DNA of 14,154 nt from Gemmatimonadota bacterium (GTDB lineage: Bacteria; Gemmatimonadota; Gemmatimonadetes; Palauibacterales; KS3-K002), in assembly GCA_039586795.1 (NCBI GenBank), contig JBDHJS010000069.1:1-14154 (forward strand). Reading direction: 5' to 3'. This document shows, piece after piece, positions 1-7,515 of the stretch. The stretch's first letter is position 1, and each line of letters opens with the position of its first letter. Under the pieces are notes generated by a model. That model was not told where the DNA came from. It did not search any database and was given only the letters and a program-made list of their open reading frames with translations. A program made the translations under genes and the position numbers.

Positions 1-558
1 CGCCGTTCTTCGAGTCGAGATTACCCGTCGGCTCGTCCGCCAGCAGGATCAACGGCTGGCCGACGATCGCTCGCGCCACCGCCACACGCTGCTGCTGACC
101 GCCCGATAGCTGCGACGGATAGTGCTTGGCTCGGTGCGCCATCCCCACCTTCTCCAGCGCTGTTTCCACCCGCTGCCGCCGCTCGCTTCCCGCCATGCCA
201 CGGTAGGTGAGTGGTAGCTCGACGTTCTCGTAGACCGTCAGATCGCCGATCAGGTTGAAGGCCTGGAACACGAAGCCGATGTGCTGATTGCGGATCTTGG
301 CTCGCTGTGAGGCCGTCAGGTTCGCTACCGGCTCGGCATCCAGCAGGTACTCGCCGCCGGTGGGCGTGTCGAGCAGCCCGAGGATCGAGAGCAGCGTGGT
401 CTTGCCGCAGCCGGGCCGGCGATGGCCACATACTCGCCCTCTTTGATCTCGAGGTGGATGTCAGAGAGCGCATGAGTCTCTACCTCTTCCGTGTAGAAGA
501 CCTTCTTCACGCCCTCGAGCTTGATAAGTGCTTTCCCATTACTCTTGTTCTCAGCCAT
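1..558 (-). pseudogene. MacB/LolD-family ABC transporter ATP-binding protein, frameshifted in Walker A (or assembly error); runs off window left edge
   Basis: ATG at 558 reads MAENKSNGKALIKLEGVKKVFYTEEVETHALSDIHLEIKEGEYVAIAGP. A second frame from 412 downward reads GCGKTTLLSILGLLDTPTGGEY...IRNQHIGFVFQAFNLIGDLTVYENVELPL...HYPSQLSGGQQQRVAVARAIVGQPLILLADEPTGNLDSKNG (Q-loop, LSGGQ signature, Walker B/D-loop). The junction GCC GGC CC|GGC TGC GGC AAG is 4 nt short of GPSGCGK. Confidence 0.9.
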
Positions 559-594
559 CGTCTACGCACCCCTGGTTAGGACCGATCTCTTTAT

Positions 595-629
595 CCGCCT
601 ACCGTCTACCGTCCACCGTCTACTATCTA
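595..629. repeat. Imperfect heptamer tandem repeat, 5 units, consensus CCGTCTA
   Basis: CCGCCTA CCGTCTA CCGTCCA CCGTCTA CTATCTA; the last unit contains the TAG stop (627-629) of the adaptor gene. Confidence 0.8.
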
Positions 630-1871
630 TCTAAGTCTCACTCTATCATAAGCGTCCCACGCCGACATGTCACTCAGAATCACGATGTCGCCTTCTATCA
701 GACCGTCGATCACTTCGATGGTGTTCACCGAGTGCCGTCCTAAACGAACGGTCACACGGATCGCCGCGTTCCCGTCTTCGACCACCTTGAACAGACCGAC
801 CAGGCTATTCGCCTGACCGTAGGCGGGTCGCCCAACGTACAGAACATCGGCGAGCCGCTCGATCTCGATCGTGCCGTCAACGCTCAGGTCGGGTCGCGCC
901 TCACGCGGCAGTTCGCCTTCGAGACGCACGTCCACTGTTACGGTGTTGGACTGAACGGCGGGATCGATCCGGACTACGTGACCCATGATCGTGTCGCTAC
1001 GCGTGTCGATCAGCGCGACCTGGCCGATCGCCACATCGCGAGCCTGGGTCTCGGGGATCCGCAGCTCCGCGCGCAGACGTCCCGGCTGCACGACTCTGGC
1101 CAAATTGTCGCCCGGCCGCACCCACTGGCCTTCTTCCAAAGGCTGGTCAGCCAGAACGCCTGACACACCCGCCGGCACCCTCATCGACTGGATCAGGTTC
1201 ACCTGGAACTCAGCGATCTGACGGAGCCGTTCCACCTGGCCGCGCTGCGCCGCGAGCTGAGACTCTACCGCCTGAGTCATCACTGCCAGACGCTGGTTCT
1301 CGATCTGCAGCCGCGATTCGAACTCGTCTGCCCGGTCGCGGGAATTCTGCAGGTCGATGTCGGAGATCAGGCCCTTTTCCGCCAACTCTTCATCACGCCG
1401 CAGATTGCGCATCGATTCCTGATACAGAGCGCGCACCGTCTCCACCTGCGAGGCCTGGCTGAGCCGCTGGGTTTGCAGGTTCGTCTTTAGATCGACCAAC
1501 CGCGCCTGTTCGGCCGCCAACTGACTTTGCGCCTGCAGAGCCTGGATCTCCACATCCGGGTTGCTCAGGATCAGAAGAGTCGTCGCGCTGTCCACCTCCT
1601 CGCCCGGCTGGACCAGGATGCGCTCCACCCGGCCTGCGGTGAGTGCGACGACCCAGCGAATTTGCTCCGAGACCAGCGTCCCGGGGCCCCGTACGCGCCG
1701 AACCATCTCACCGCGCTGCACGACACCCGTATAGATCGTGTTCTTATCGACGCTGGGCGCAGCCGGGCCCAGTCGGCCCAGCGCCACCGTGATGACCACC
1801 ACGCCGATGATGCCGCCAGCTATCCAAAACCAGCGTTTCTTCTTCGATTTCGGCTCGCGAGGAATATCCAC
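627..1871 (-). CDS. Efflux membrane-fusion/periplasmic adaptor subunit (MacA/HlyD family)
   Basis: 414 aa, GTG start. Basic N-terminus plus one TM helix (WFWIAGGIIGVVVITVAL), lipoyl half-motifs (AGRVERILVQPGEEV; VPAGVSGVLADQPLEEGQWVRPG), long coiled-coil hairpin, C-terminal VRLGRHSVNTIEVIDGLIEGDIVILS. Directly upstream of an ABC ATPase. Confidence 0.93.
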   Translation of the reverse strand: MDIPREPKSKKKRWFWIAGGIIGVVVITVALGRLGPAAPSVDKNTIYTGVVQRGEMVRRVRGPGTLVSEQIRWVVALTAGRVERILVQPGEEVDSATTLLILSNPDVEIQALQAQSQLAAEQARLVDLKTNLQTQRLSQASQVETVRALYQESMRNLRRDEELAEKGLISDIDLQNSRDRADEFESRLQIENQRLAVMTQAVESQLAAQRGQVERLRQIAEFQVNLIQSMRVPAGVSGVLADQPLEEGQWVRPGDNLARVVQPGRLRAELRIPETQARDVAIGQVALIDTRSDTIMGHVVRIDPAVQSNTVTVDVRLEGELPREARPDLSVDGTIEIERLADVLYVGRPAYGQANSLVGLFKVVEDGNAAIRVTVRLGRHSVNTIEVIDGLIEGDIVILSDMSAWDAYDRVRLR

Positions 1872-1922
1872 AACAGCAGCTCCAAGATCTAAGTTGGATA
1901 CAAACGCTTACTCACCGTAAAG

Positions 1923-1937
1923 GGAAGAAGCGTGCCA
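1923..1937 (-). promoter_or_regulatory. sigma54 (-24/-12)-like promoter for the adaptor/ATPase operon
   Basis: - strand TGGCACG-CTTC-TTCC versus consensus TGGCACG-N4-TTGC (one mismatch, at the conserved -12 G), about 50 bp upstream of the GTG start. Confidence 0.5.
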
Positions 1938-1952
1938 ACCGGGCTTTCAACC

Positions 1953-1980
1953 TAAGTCGTTATTTCGTAAAGAGATAGAT
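1953..1980. promoter_or_regulatory. AT-rich IHF-like site between the sigma54-like promoter and the upstream dyads
   Basis: - strand AAATAACGACTTA (1965-1953) matches 7 of 9 defined positions of WATCAANNNNTTR, in the position expected for a sigma54 promoter. Confidence 0.35.
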
Positions 1981-2010
1981 ACCCTACGAGCCCGTTGCTA
2001 ATCTTAGCCG

Positions 2011-2050
2011 GTGTCCGCCCTCGGGAACCCGGCATCCCATATCCGGACAC
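2011..2050. promoter_or_regulatory. Tandem-dyad operator / candidate enhancer (UAS), copy A
   Basis: GTGTCCG-ccct-CGGGAA-cccggc-ATCCCA-tatc-CGGACAC; the outer 7-mers are a perfect inverted repeat. Confidence 0.55.
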
Positions 2051-2071
2051 TATACATGACGAGAGAATGGT

Positions 2072-2110
2072 GTGTTCGGTTTCGGGCGGTCCCTTCCCAA
2101 GAGCGAACGT
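2072..2110. promoter_or_regulatory. Tandem-dyad operator / candidate enhancer (UAS), copy B
   Basis: GTGTTCG-gttt-CGGGCG-gtccc-TTCCCA-agag-CGAACGT; aligns block for block with copy A. Confidence 0.5.
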
Positions 2111-2183
2111 GAGCTGTCGCTGTCGACGTGACTCCCCATGGCATAAATACATGCGTGGCAGAGGATTAGAACTTCAGGGCGAG

Positions 2184-2199
2184 TGGCACGGGCCGTGCC
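2184..2199 (+). promoter_or_regulatory. sigma54 (-24/-12) promoter for the ADOP permease
   Basis: TGGCACG-GGCC-GTGC with exact GG-N10-GC spacing, about 60 bp upstream of ATG 2258. Confidence 0.6.
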
Positions 2200-2257
2200 T
2201 TCGGGAGTTGGGAGACTTGCCGAGATTACCGCGACGGATCCAATGATTCGAGGCCTA

Positions 2258-4687
2258 ATGAATACGTTGTTGCAGGATCTTCGGTTTGCGTTCCGCACAC
2301 TCTTGAAGCGACCGACCCTCACGTTGGCGGCGCTAGTCTGCCTGGCGCTGGGGATAGGGGCCAACACGGCGATCTTCAGCGTGGTGAATGCGGTGTTGCT
2401 ACGTCCGTTGCCCTACGCCAGCCAGGAGCGGCTGGTCGTATTCGAAGACAGGGAAGACCCTGACGCCTTCTTCGCGTTCGCACCGGCGCCGTACCTGGAG
2501 ATGCGAGAGACGCTTCGATCGTTCGAGGCGTTGGCGGGGCACAGAAGCTTGAGCGCGAACCTCACCGGTTCGGGTGTGCCGGAGAGGATCGAGGCGCAAA
2601 CCGTAACGCCGGGCTTCTTCAGAGTTTTCGGTGTTGAACCCGCTCTGGGCAGGTTCTTCTTGGCGGACGATGACCCTGCGGCGATGGGAGCGCACTCGAT
2701 CGTGTTGAGCCATGGAGCCTGGCAACGTCGGTTCGGCGGCGATGCCTCAGCTATCGGCGCGGTGCTGACGTTGAACGGAGAACCGCACTCCGTGGTTGGG
2801 GTAGCGCCCCACTGGTTTTCCTATTCGGGAAGCGCAGAGATGTGGGTGCGCTCATACCGCGATGGAGTGCCGGAGCCGCCGGTGGATGTGGGCGATGACC
2901 TGAGTGAAGTCCGCGACCTGGGATACTTCGGCGCGGTCGCGCGTTTGGCTCCCGGCGTGACGATGGGCGAAGCGCAGGCCGAGCTCAACATCTTCGCTCG
3001 GCGGTGGCAGGAAGAGCGTGCTGGAGAACCGACGGACAACTATGTCGGCATCAAGTCGCTGCGGGAGCAGCTGGTCGGTGACGTGAGGCCGGCGCTTCTC
3101 GTCCTGTTCGCGGCCGTCGGTTTCGTGTTGCTCATCGCTTGCGCCAACGTGGCAAATCTGCTGCTGGCTCGGGGAGCGACCCGCGAGCGCGAGATCGCGG
3201 TGCGGGCCGCCGTTGGCGCCGGTCGACGACGGCTGGTGCGGCAGCTACTGACGGAGAGCGCGCTCCTGGGAATTGTCGGTGGCGGCCTCGGTTTAATACT
3301 CGCCTTCTGGGGCGTGGATGTGTTCGCTAGCCTCTTGCCGGACAACGTTCTGAGCAGCAGTGCGATTGGCGTCGACGCCTGGGTCCTCGCTTTCACCCTG
3401 GGGATCTCTCTCGTGACCAGCCTGGTATTCGGGCTGCTGCCCGCGATGCAGACATCGAGGCTGGATCTTCTGGCATCGCTCAAGGAAGGTGGGCGCGGCG
3501 GTACACAGGGAGTGCAGGCCCGCCGACTGCGAACGCTTTTGGTCGTCAGCGAGATAGCGCTGTCGCTGGTACTGGTGAGCAGCGCCGCGTTACTGACGAA
3601 GAGCTTCTGGAAGCTGCAATCCGTCCATGTCGGTTTCCAGGCGGAGAATCTCCTGGTCATGCGGATCTCGCTGCCCGAATCTCGCTATCCTGAAGAAGCG
3701 CAGATGGCCGCGTTCGTCAATCAGGTGACCGAGCGCGTGGCGGCGCTTCCAGGCGTGCGGTCCTCAGGAATCGCTCTTGCGCTTCCATTCACGGGCATGG
3801 CGGCGACGCTGCACTACACAGTTCCCGGGCGCGAGCCTTCTGATGTAGAACCGGAAGCGGAGTACCAGGTCGTCACACCGGACTACTTCCAGGCGATGGG
3901 GATGTCGCTGCTCCGGGGCCGAGGGTTTTCGAGCGCCGATAACGCCGACGCGCAGCTGGTAACCGTGATCAACGAGACGCTTGCCCGACGCGAGTGGCCC
4001 AACACAGACCCGATCGGCCAAAACCTCGTCATCGGCACCGAGGGCGATCCGCTGGAAATAGTCGGTGTGGTCGCCGATGTTCGACACTTCTCCTTCGACG
4101 GTGCGCCGCGACCGGAGTTTTACGTACCGTTCGATCAGGATCCCTGGCCGTTCATGGCGCTGGTCGCTCGAACCGAGGCCAACCCGGCGCTGCTCAGCGA
4201 ACCCGTGCGACAGCAAGTCATGGCGGTGGACCCTGACCAACCGGTGTTCGCGGTTGGCACGATGGAGCAGGTGCTCGCTGATTCCGTTCGTGGTCAGCGG
4301 TTCACGGCTATTCTCCTCTGTCTGTTCGCGGGTGTCGCGATGGCGCTGGCTCTGGTCGGCATTTACGGCGTCATGTCCTATACGGTGAACCAGCGCGTTC
4401 ACGAGATGGGGATACGCATGGCGCTCGGCGCCGAGCGTGGAGAAGTCGTGCGGCTCGTCCTCGTCTGGGGGATGAAGGTCGTCGTGGCCGGCACGGTTAT
4501 CGGTCTCGTGATGGCACTGGCGATGGGCCGCTCACTTTCGAGCCTGCTGTTCGGCGTCAGTCCTGCGGACCCGCTGATCCTGTCGAGCGTTGCCACGCTG
4601 CTGATCGCCGCGGCCGTATCCGCCGTCTACTTGCCGGCACTACGGGCGGCTCGGGTCGACCCGCTGGTCGCCCTCCGGCACGAATAA
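2258..4687 (+). CDS. ABC transporter permease, ADOP (duplicated MacB_PCD/FtsX) family
   Basis: Starts MNTLLQDLRFAFRTLLKRP...LALGIGANTAIFSVVNAVLLRPLPY; contains VLLIACANVANLLLARGATREREIAVRAAVGAGRRRLVRQLLTES and IYGVMSYTVNQRVHEMGIRMALGA; ends RAARVDPLVALRHE. Start moved from track GTG 2183 to ATG 2258 (GAGG at 2250-2253, family-typical N-terminus); 809 aa. Confidence 0.93.
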   Translation: MNTLLQDLRFAFRTLLKRPTLTLAALVCLALGIGANTAIFSVVNAVLLRPLPYASQERLVVFEDREDPDAFFAFAPAPYLEMRETLRSFEALAGHRSLSANLTGSGVPERIEAQTVTPGFFRVFGVEPALGRFFLADDDPAAMGAHSIVLSHGAWQRRFGGDASAIGAVLTLNGEPHSVVGVAPHWFSYSGSAEMWVRSYRDGVPEPPVDVGDDLSEVRDLGYFGAVARLAPGVTMGEAQAELNIFARRWQEERAGEPTDNYVGIKSLREQLVGDVRPALLVLFAAVGFVLLIACANVANLLLARGATREREIAVRAAVGAGRRRLVRQLLTESALLGIVGGGLGLILAFWGVDVFASLLPDNVLSSSAIGVDAWVLAFTLGISLVTSLVFGLLPAMQTSRLDLLASLKEGGRGGTQGVQARRLRTLLVVSEIALSLVLVSSAALLTKSFWKLQSVHVGFQAENLLVMRISLPESRYPEEAQMAAFVNQVTERVAALPGVRSSGIALALPFTGMAATLHYTVPGREPSDVEPEAEYQVVTPDYFQAMGMSLLRGRGFSSADNADAQLVTVINETLARREWPNTDPIGQNLVIGTEGDPLEIVGVVADVRHFSFDGAPRPEFYVPFDQDPWPFMALVARTEANPALLSEPVRQQVMAVDPDQPVFAVGTMEQVLADSVRGQRFTAILLCLFAGVAMALALVGIYGVMSYTVNQRVHEMGIRMALGAERGEVVRLVLVWGMKVVVAGTVIGLVMALAMGRSLSSLLFGVSPADPLILSSVATLLIAAAVSAVYLPALRAARVDPLVALRHE

Positions 4688-4689
4688 CG

Positions 4690-4761
4690 ATCGACTTGCC
4701 GACCGTTCGTGGCGAGGCCTACTTTTTCCAAGCGGGCCAACCACGCAAACGGTGAGTCGGT
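4690..4761 (+). other. Long imperfect stem-loop filling the permease-regulator spacer
   Basis: Nested pairings ATCGACTT 4690-4697/GAGTCGGT 4754-4761 (2 G-U), ACCGTT 4702-4707/AACGGT 4748-4753, CGTGG 4708-4712/CCACG 4741-4745, GGCC 4716-4719/GGCC 4735-4738. Confidence 0.5.
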
Positions 4762-4763
4762 GA

Positions 4764-7430
4764 ATGACGGCTGGAGTTAGACCTTCGTTCTACCTCAAGA
4801 CGCTGGGCGAGTTATCGCTCCACGCTGAGGGACCACTGGGGCCGCCGCTGCTTCGGAACTCGAAGCCGCTGGCTGTGCTGGCGTACCTTGCTACGACACC
4901 CAACCGATCGGCCCGGCGCGATCATGTGGCGCAGCTGCTCTGGCCGGATTCCGACCCGAGCCATGCCCGCAGCTCACTCCGCCAGGCGCTGTTCTACATC
5001 TCGCAGCGGGTCGGCCGCGCTCTGATTCACACCCACGAAGCGACCATCGCCCTCGACACATCCTTGCTTGCAGTAGATATCTGGAGGTTCGAGCGCGAGC
5101 TCGACTCGGGCGATTTCGCGCATGTCGTGGAGCTCTATACCGGCCCGTTCGCTCCCGGCCTCGAGCGCAAGGCGGGCGCCGAGCTGGAAGGCTGGATCGA
5201 ATCGCAGGACGAGCAGTTGCGGGCTGGGCTGGAGGTCGCCTACACACGGCTGGTCTCCGATCAACTGGCGAAGGGCGATGCGGATGAGGCTGTGGCCTAC
5301 GCTCGCAGGTATGTCGAGCTCAATCCGTTGAACGAGCGGGCTCAGCTCGCGCTGATCCGGGCGTTGAAGGCGGCGAACGATCAGGTCGGAGCGCTTCAGG
5401 CCTATAGATCGTTTCGGTCACTGCTTCGCGAGGCACTGGACGGCGAGCCCTCGGACGAGCTGGAGCGAGCCATCGCCTCGGTGCGCGATGAGGTGCTGAG
5501 GGAACCTTCGGAGGATGAGACCGCGGTGCCGATCAAGGGTCGGCCTGGCAAGCGGTTGCGGCGATGGATCGCCGTAGGAGGTGCCATCGGCGCGGCAGCT
5601 CTCATCATCACGGTGCACGCGCTGCAGGGCTGGGGGCCGTGGCGCAACCCTGCGACCCGGATCTTTGACGGACTTCCTGGAGATCTCTTCGTCATCGTCG
5701 GCACTGCTGGTTCGCCGGAGTTTGCGGCCGGGAGAGTCAATCGTGGAGGCTTCGACTTCGAACCAACGACATACCCGCATAAGGCAATACCATCGCCCGA
5801 CGGCGAGCTCGTGGCGCTTCAGGTCGCGGCAACCGATGGAAGGAACCTGGCCGTAATGGACAGGGGTTCGGCCGCCATGCGTACCCTGACCCGGGAGACG
5901 CACGACGAGCTTCAACTGGGTTGGTCGCCCGATGGCCAGTTCATCCTCTACAGGCAGGGCAGACTGCTGGAGGGAGGGAGAGACTACAACCACGACCTGA
6001 TGGCGCACGATCTGGAATCAGGACGTGATCTTCTGATCAGCGATATGCGATCGCCAAAGGCGTACGACGCCGCCTGGTCGCCGGACGGCACACGAATCGC
6101 GTTCGTTGCCGAGGCGACAGACGAACGGGAGTTGTACGTAGCAGAAGCGGATGGTTCGAACCCCACCCGACTGGCGATCGGTCTTGTGGAGCAGGGACGG
6201 CTTGCCTGGTCTCCTGACAACCAGCACATCGCTTTCGTCGTCGCGGATGAGAATGGCGCCGGCGACATCTTTACCATTCACCCGAACGGCTCGGGGTTGC
6301 GACAGCTGACGGAATCGGTAACGGCGGAGACGAGTCCTCTCTGGTTCACGGAGAACCTGCTCGGCTTCGTGTTGGAGCAGCCCGACGAGAGCCGCGATGT
6401 GTGGGTGATGGACGTCAGGGGTGGTCCGATCCAGCGGGTGACCGAACACGCAAATGTTCGAGCGGCGATCGCCTACATCGCGGCCGATGCTCCGCAGGGA
6501 TGGATCGAAGGGCTGTCGATCGTACCTCAAATCGGAGTCGTCGCTCCAGGGCAATACATGGCCATCGATGTTGAGGCAGTGGACGCGACTGGCGGACTTG
6601 TTGAGTCCGTGGATTTGCCACTTCGCTGGTCGCTTAGCGACTCCACGTTGGGGCGATTCGTGTCCCCCAACCTTCTCCGAATTCAAACGACCGGTTCCGC
6701 GTTGCTCGTAGTCAGCGCGGGAGGTTGGATCGTGGACACGCTCGAGATTCGATCCCGTGAGATCGTCGAGGGGCCGGCAACTCTCCTGCTCTACGAAGAC
6801 TGGAGCCGCAGAATCAACGGCGATAGGTGGATGCGCTGGGGCAATCCGCTGCCGGAAGCGCGGCCCACCGGCGGGCCGGAAGGTGCCGGCATCTTCATCA
6901 ACAACGGCGACCACCACCACTCAAGCGGCGTCGTCTCACGCCAGGCCTTCTCGCCTCGAGAAGGTCTTACCATCCAGTTCTGGGCCAGCATGCCAGTGAC
7001 CGGGAAGCTCTACGAGACCTTCTCGGTGGGGCTGGCGGCGGAGATTCCCACCGATTCCGCTGAGTGGGATGTCATGGTCTTGGAAGCCGAGTTCATGATG
7101 GAGGGTTCGCTTTTCGGTACGGACTCCGCTGCCGTGATCATGGCGCGCCTCGTCCCCTCTTATCTGCCGTCACTACCAGCGCCCGAGCAGTGGCATCACT
7201 ATACGCTGCAAATTGACCGTGACGGCCTCATCAGCCTCTTGATCGACGGGCGCCTGTACTGGCGAGTTCCGTCGAACCTTCCCGTTCAGGATATGGCACC
7301 GCTCCACGTCGTGCTGAGCGGGCGCTCGGTCGACAGCGAGATCGCCCACGGTTTGGTCCGGGTCTACTACGGCAGCAAGTACTACATCCCCACATCGAGT
7401 CCATCGCCCGAGGCGCCGCTGGCCCGCTGA
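4764..7430 (+). CDS. SARP/BTAD-family transcriptional regulator fused via a TM helix to a TolB-like (PD40) beta-propeller, Ig-like and ConA/LamG-like domains
   Basis: 888 aa. N-terminal LKTLGELSL...KPLAVLAYLA...RRDHVAQLLWPDSDPSHARSSLRQALFYI; BTAD features (VELYTGPFAPGL, VELNPLNERAQLALIRAL, GEPSDEL); RRWIAVGGAIGAAALIITVHAL TM; repeats PSPDG/WSPDG/WSPDG/WSPDN; C-terminal WHHYTLQIDRDGLISLLIDG. The distal domain names are less certain. Confidence 0.85.
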   Translation: MTAGVRPSFYLKTLGELSLHAEGPLGPPLLRNSKPLAVLAYLATTPNRSARRDHVAQLLWPDSDPSHARSSLRQALFYISQRVGRALIHTHEATIALDTSLLAVDIWRFERELDSGDFAHVVELYTGPFAPGLERKAGAELEGWIESQDEQLRAGLEVAYTRLVSDQLAKGDADEAVAYARRYVELNPLNERAQLALIRALKAANDQVGALQAYRSFRSLLREALDGEPSDELERAIASVRDEVLREPSEDETAVPIKGRPGKRLRRWIAVGGAIGAAALIITVHALQGWGPWRNPATRIFDGLPGDLFVIVGTAGSPEFAAGRVNRGGFDFEPTTYPHKAIPSPDGELVALQVAATDGRNLAVMDRGSAAMRTLTRETHDELQLGWSPDGQFILYRQGRLLEGGRDYNHDLMAHDLESGRDLLISDMRSPKAYDAAWSPDGTRIAFVAEATDERELYVAEADGSNPTRLAIGLVEQGRLAWSPDNQHIAFVVADENGAGDIFTIHPNGSGLRQLTESVTAETSPLWFTENLLGFVLEQPDESRDVWVMDVRGGPIQRVTEHANVRAAIAYIAADAPQGWIEGLSIVPQIGVVAPGQYMAIDVEAVDATGGLVESVDLPLRWSLSDSTLGRFVSPNLLRIQTTGSALLVVSAGGWIVDTLEIRSREIVEGPATLLLYEDWSRRINGDRWMRWGNPLPEARPTGGPEGAGIFINNGDHHHSSGVVSRQAFSPREGLTIQFWASMPVTGKLYETFSVGLAAEIPTDSAEWDVMVLEAEFMMEGSLFGTDSAAVIMARLVPSYLPSLPAPEQWHHYTLQIDRDGLISLLIDGRLYWRVPSNLPVQDMAPLHVVLSGRSVDSEIAHGLVRVYYGSKYYIPTSSPSPEAPLAR

Positions 7431-7451
7431 GTTCAGAGGCGGCAGCCGTTC

Positions 7452-7484
7452 TTGCGCGGCGACTATCTTCGGTTTATCTTCGGT
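7452..7484 (+). promoter_or_regulatory. sigma70-type promoter overlapped by a direct-repeat operator (candidate LexA/SOS box)
   Basis: TTGCGC 7452-7457, 17-bp spacer, TATCTT 7475-7480. Perfect repeat TATCTTCGGT-T-TATCTTCGGT 7464-7484 (11-bp period, CTTC-N7-CTTC). Confidence 0.65.
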
Positions 7485-7515
7485 ATCCCGCCATCCACAA
7501 TGCACCGAGTTGCCT

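Noticed and set aside
21..473. 150-aa - strand ORF in the track
   Set aside because: Wrong frame of the ABC ATPase; the conserved motifs lie in the frame running from 412 off the window edge.
2139..2154. TGGCATAAATACATGC as another sigma54 promoter
   Set aside because: GG-to-GC spacing is 11 nt rather than the required 10.
2183..2257. N-terminal extension of the permease from GTG 2183
   Set aside because: It overlaps the sigma54-like promoter; the family-typical start with an RBS is ATG 2258.
6018..6920. Long antisense/alternate-frame ORFs (e.g. 6018-6920, 3764-4402, 10369-11037, 11511-12323, 13424-14092)
   Set aside because: Shadow ORFs of well-supported genes in GC-rich DNA, with no recognisable motifs.
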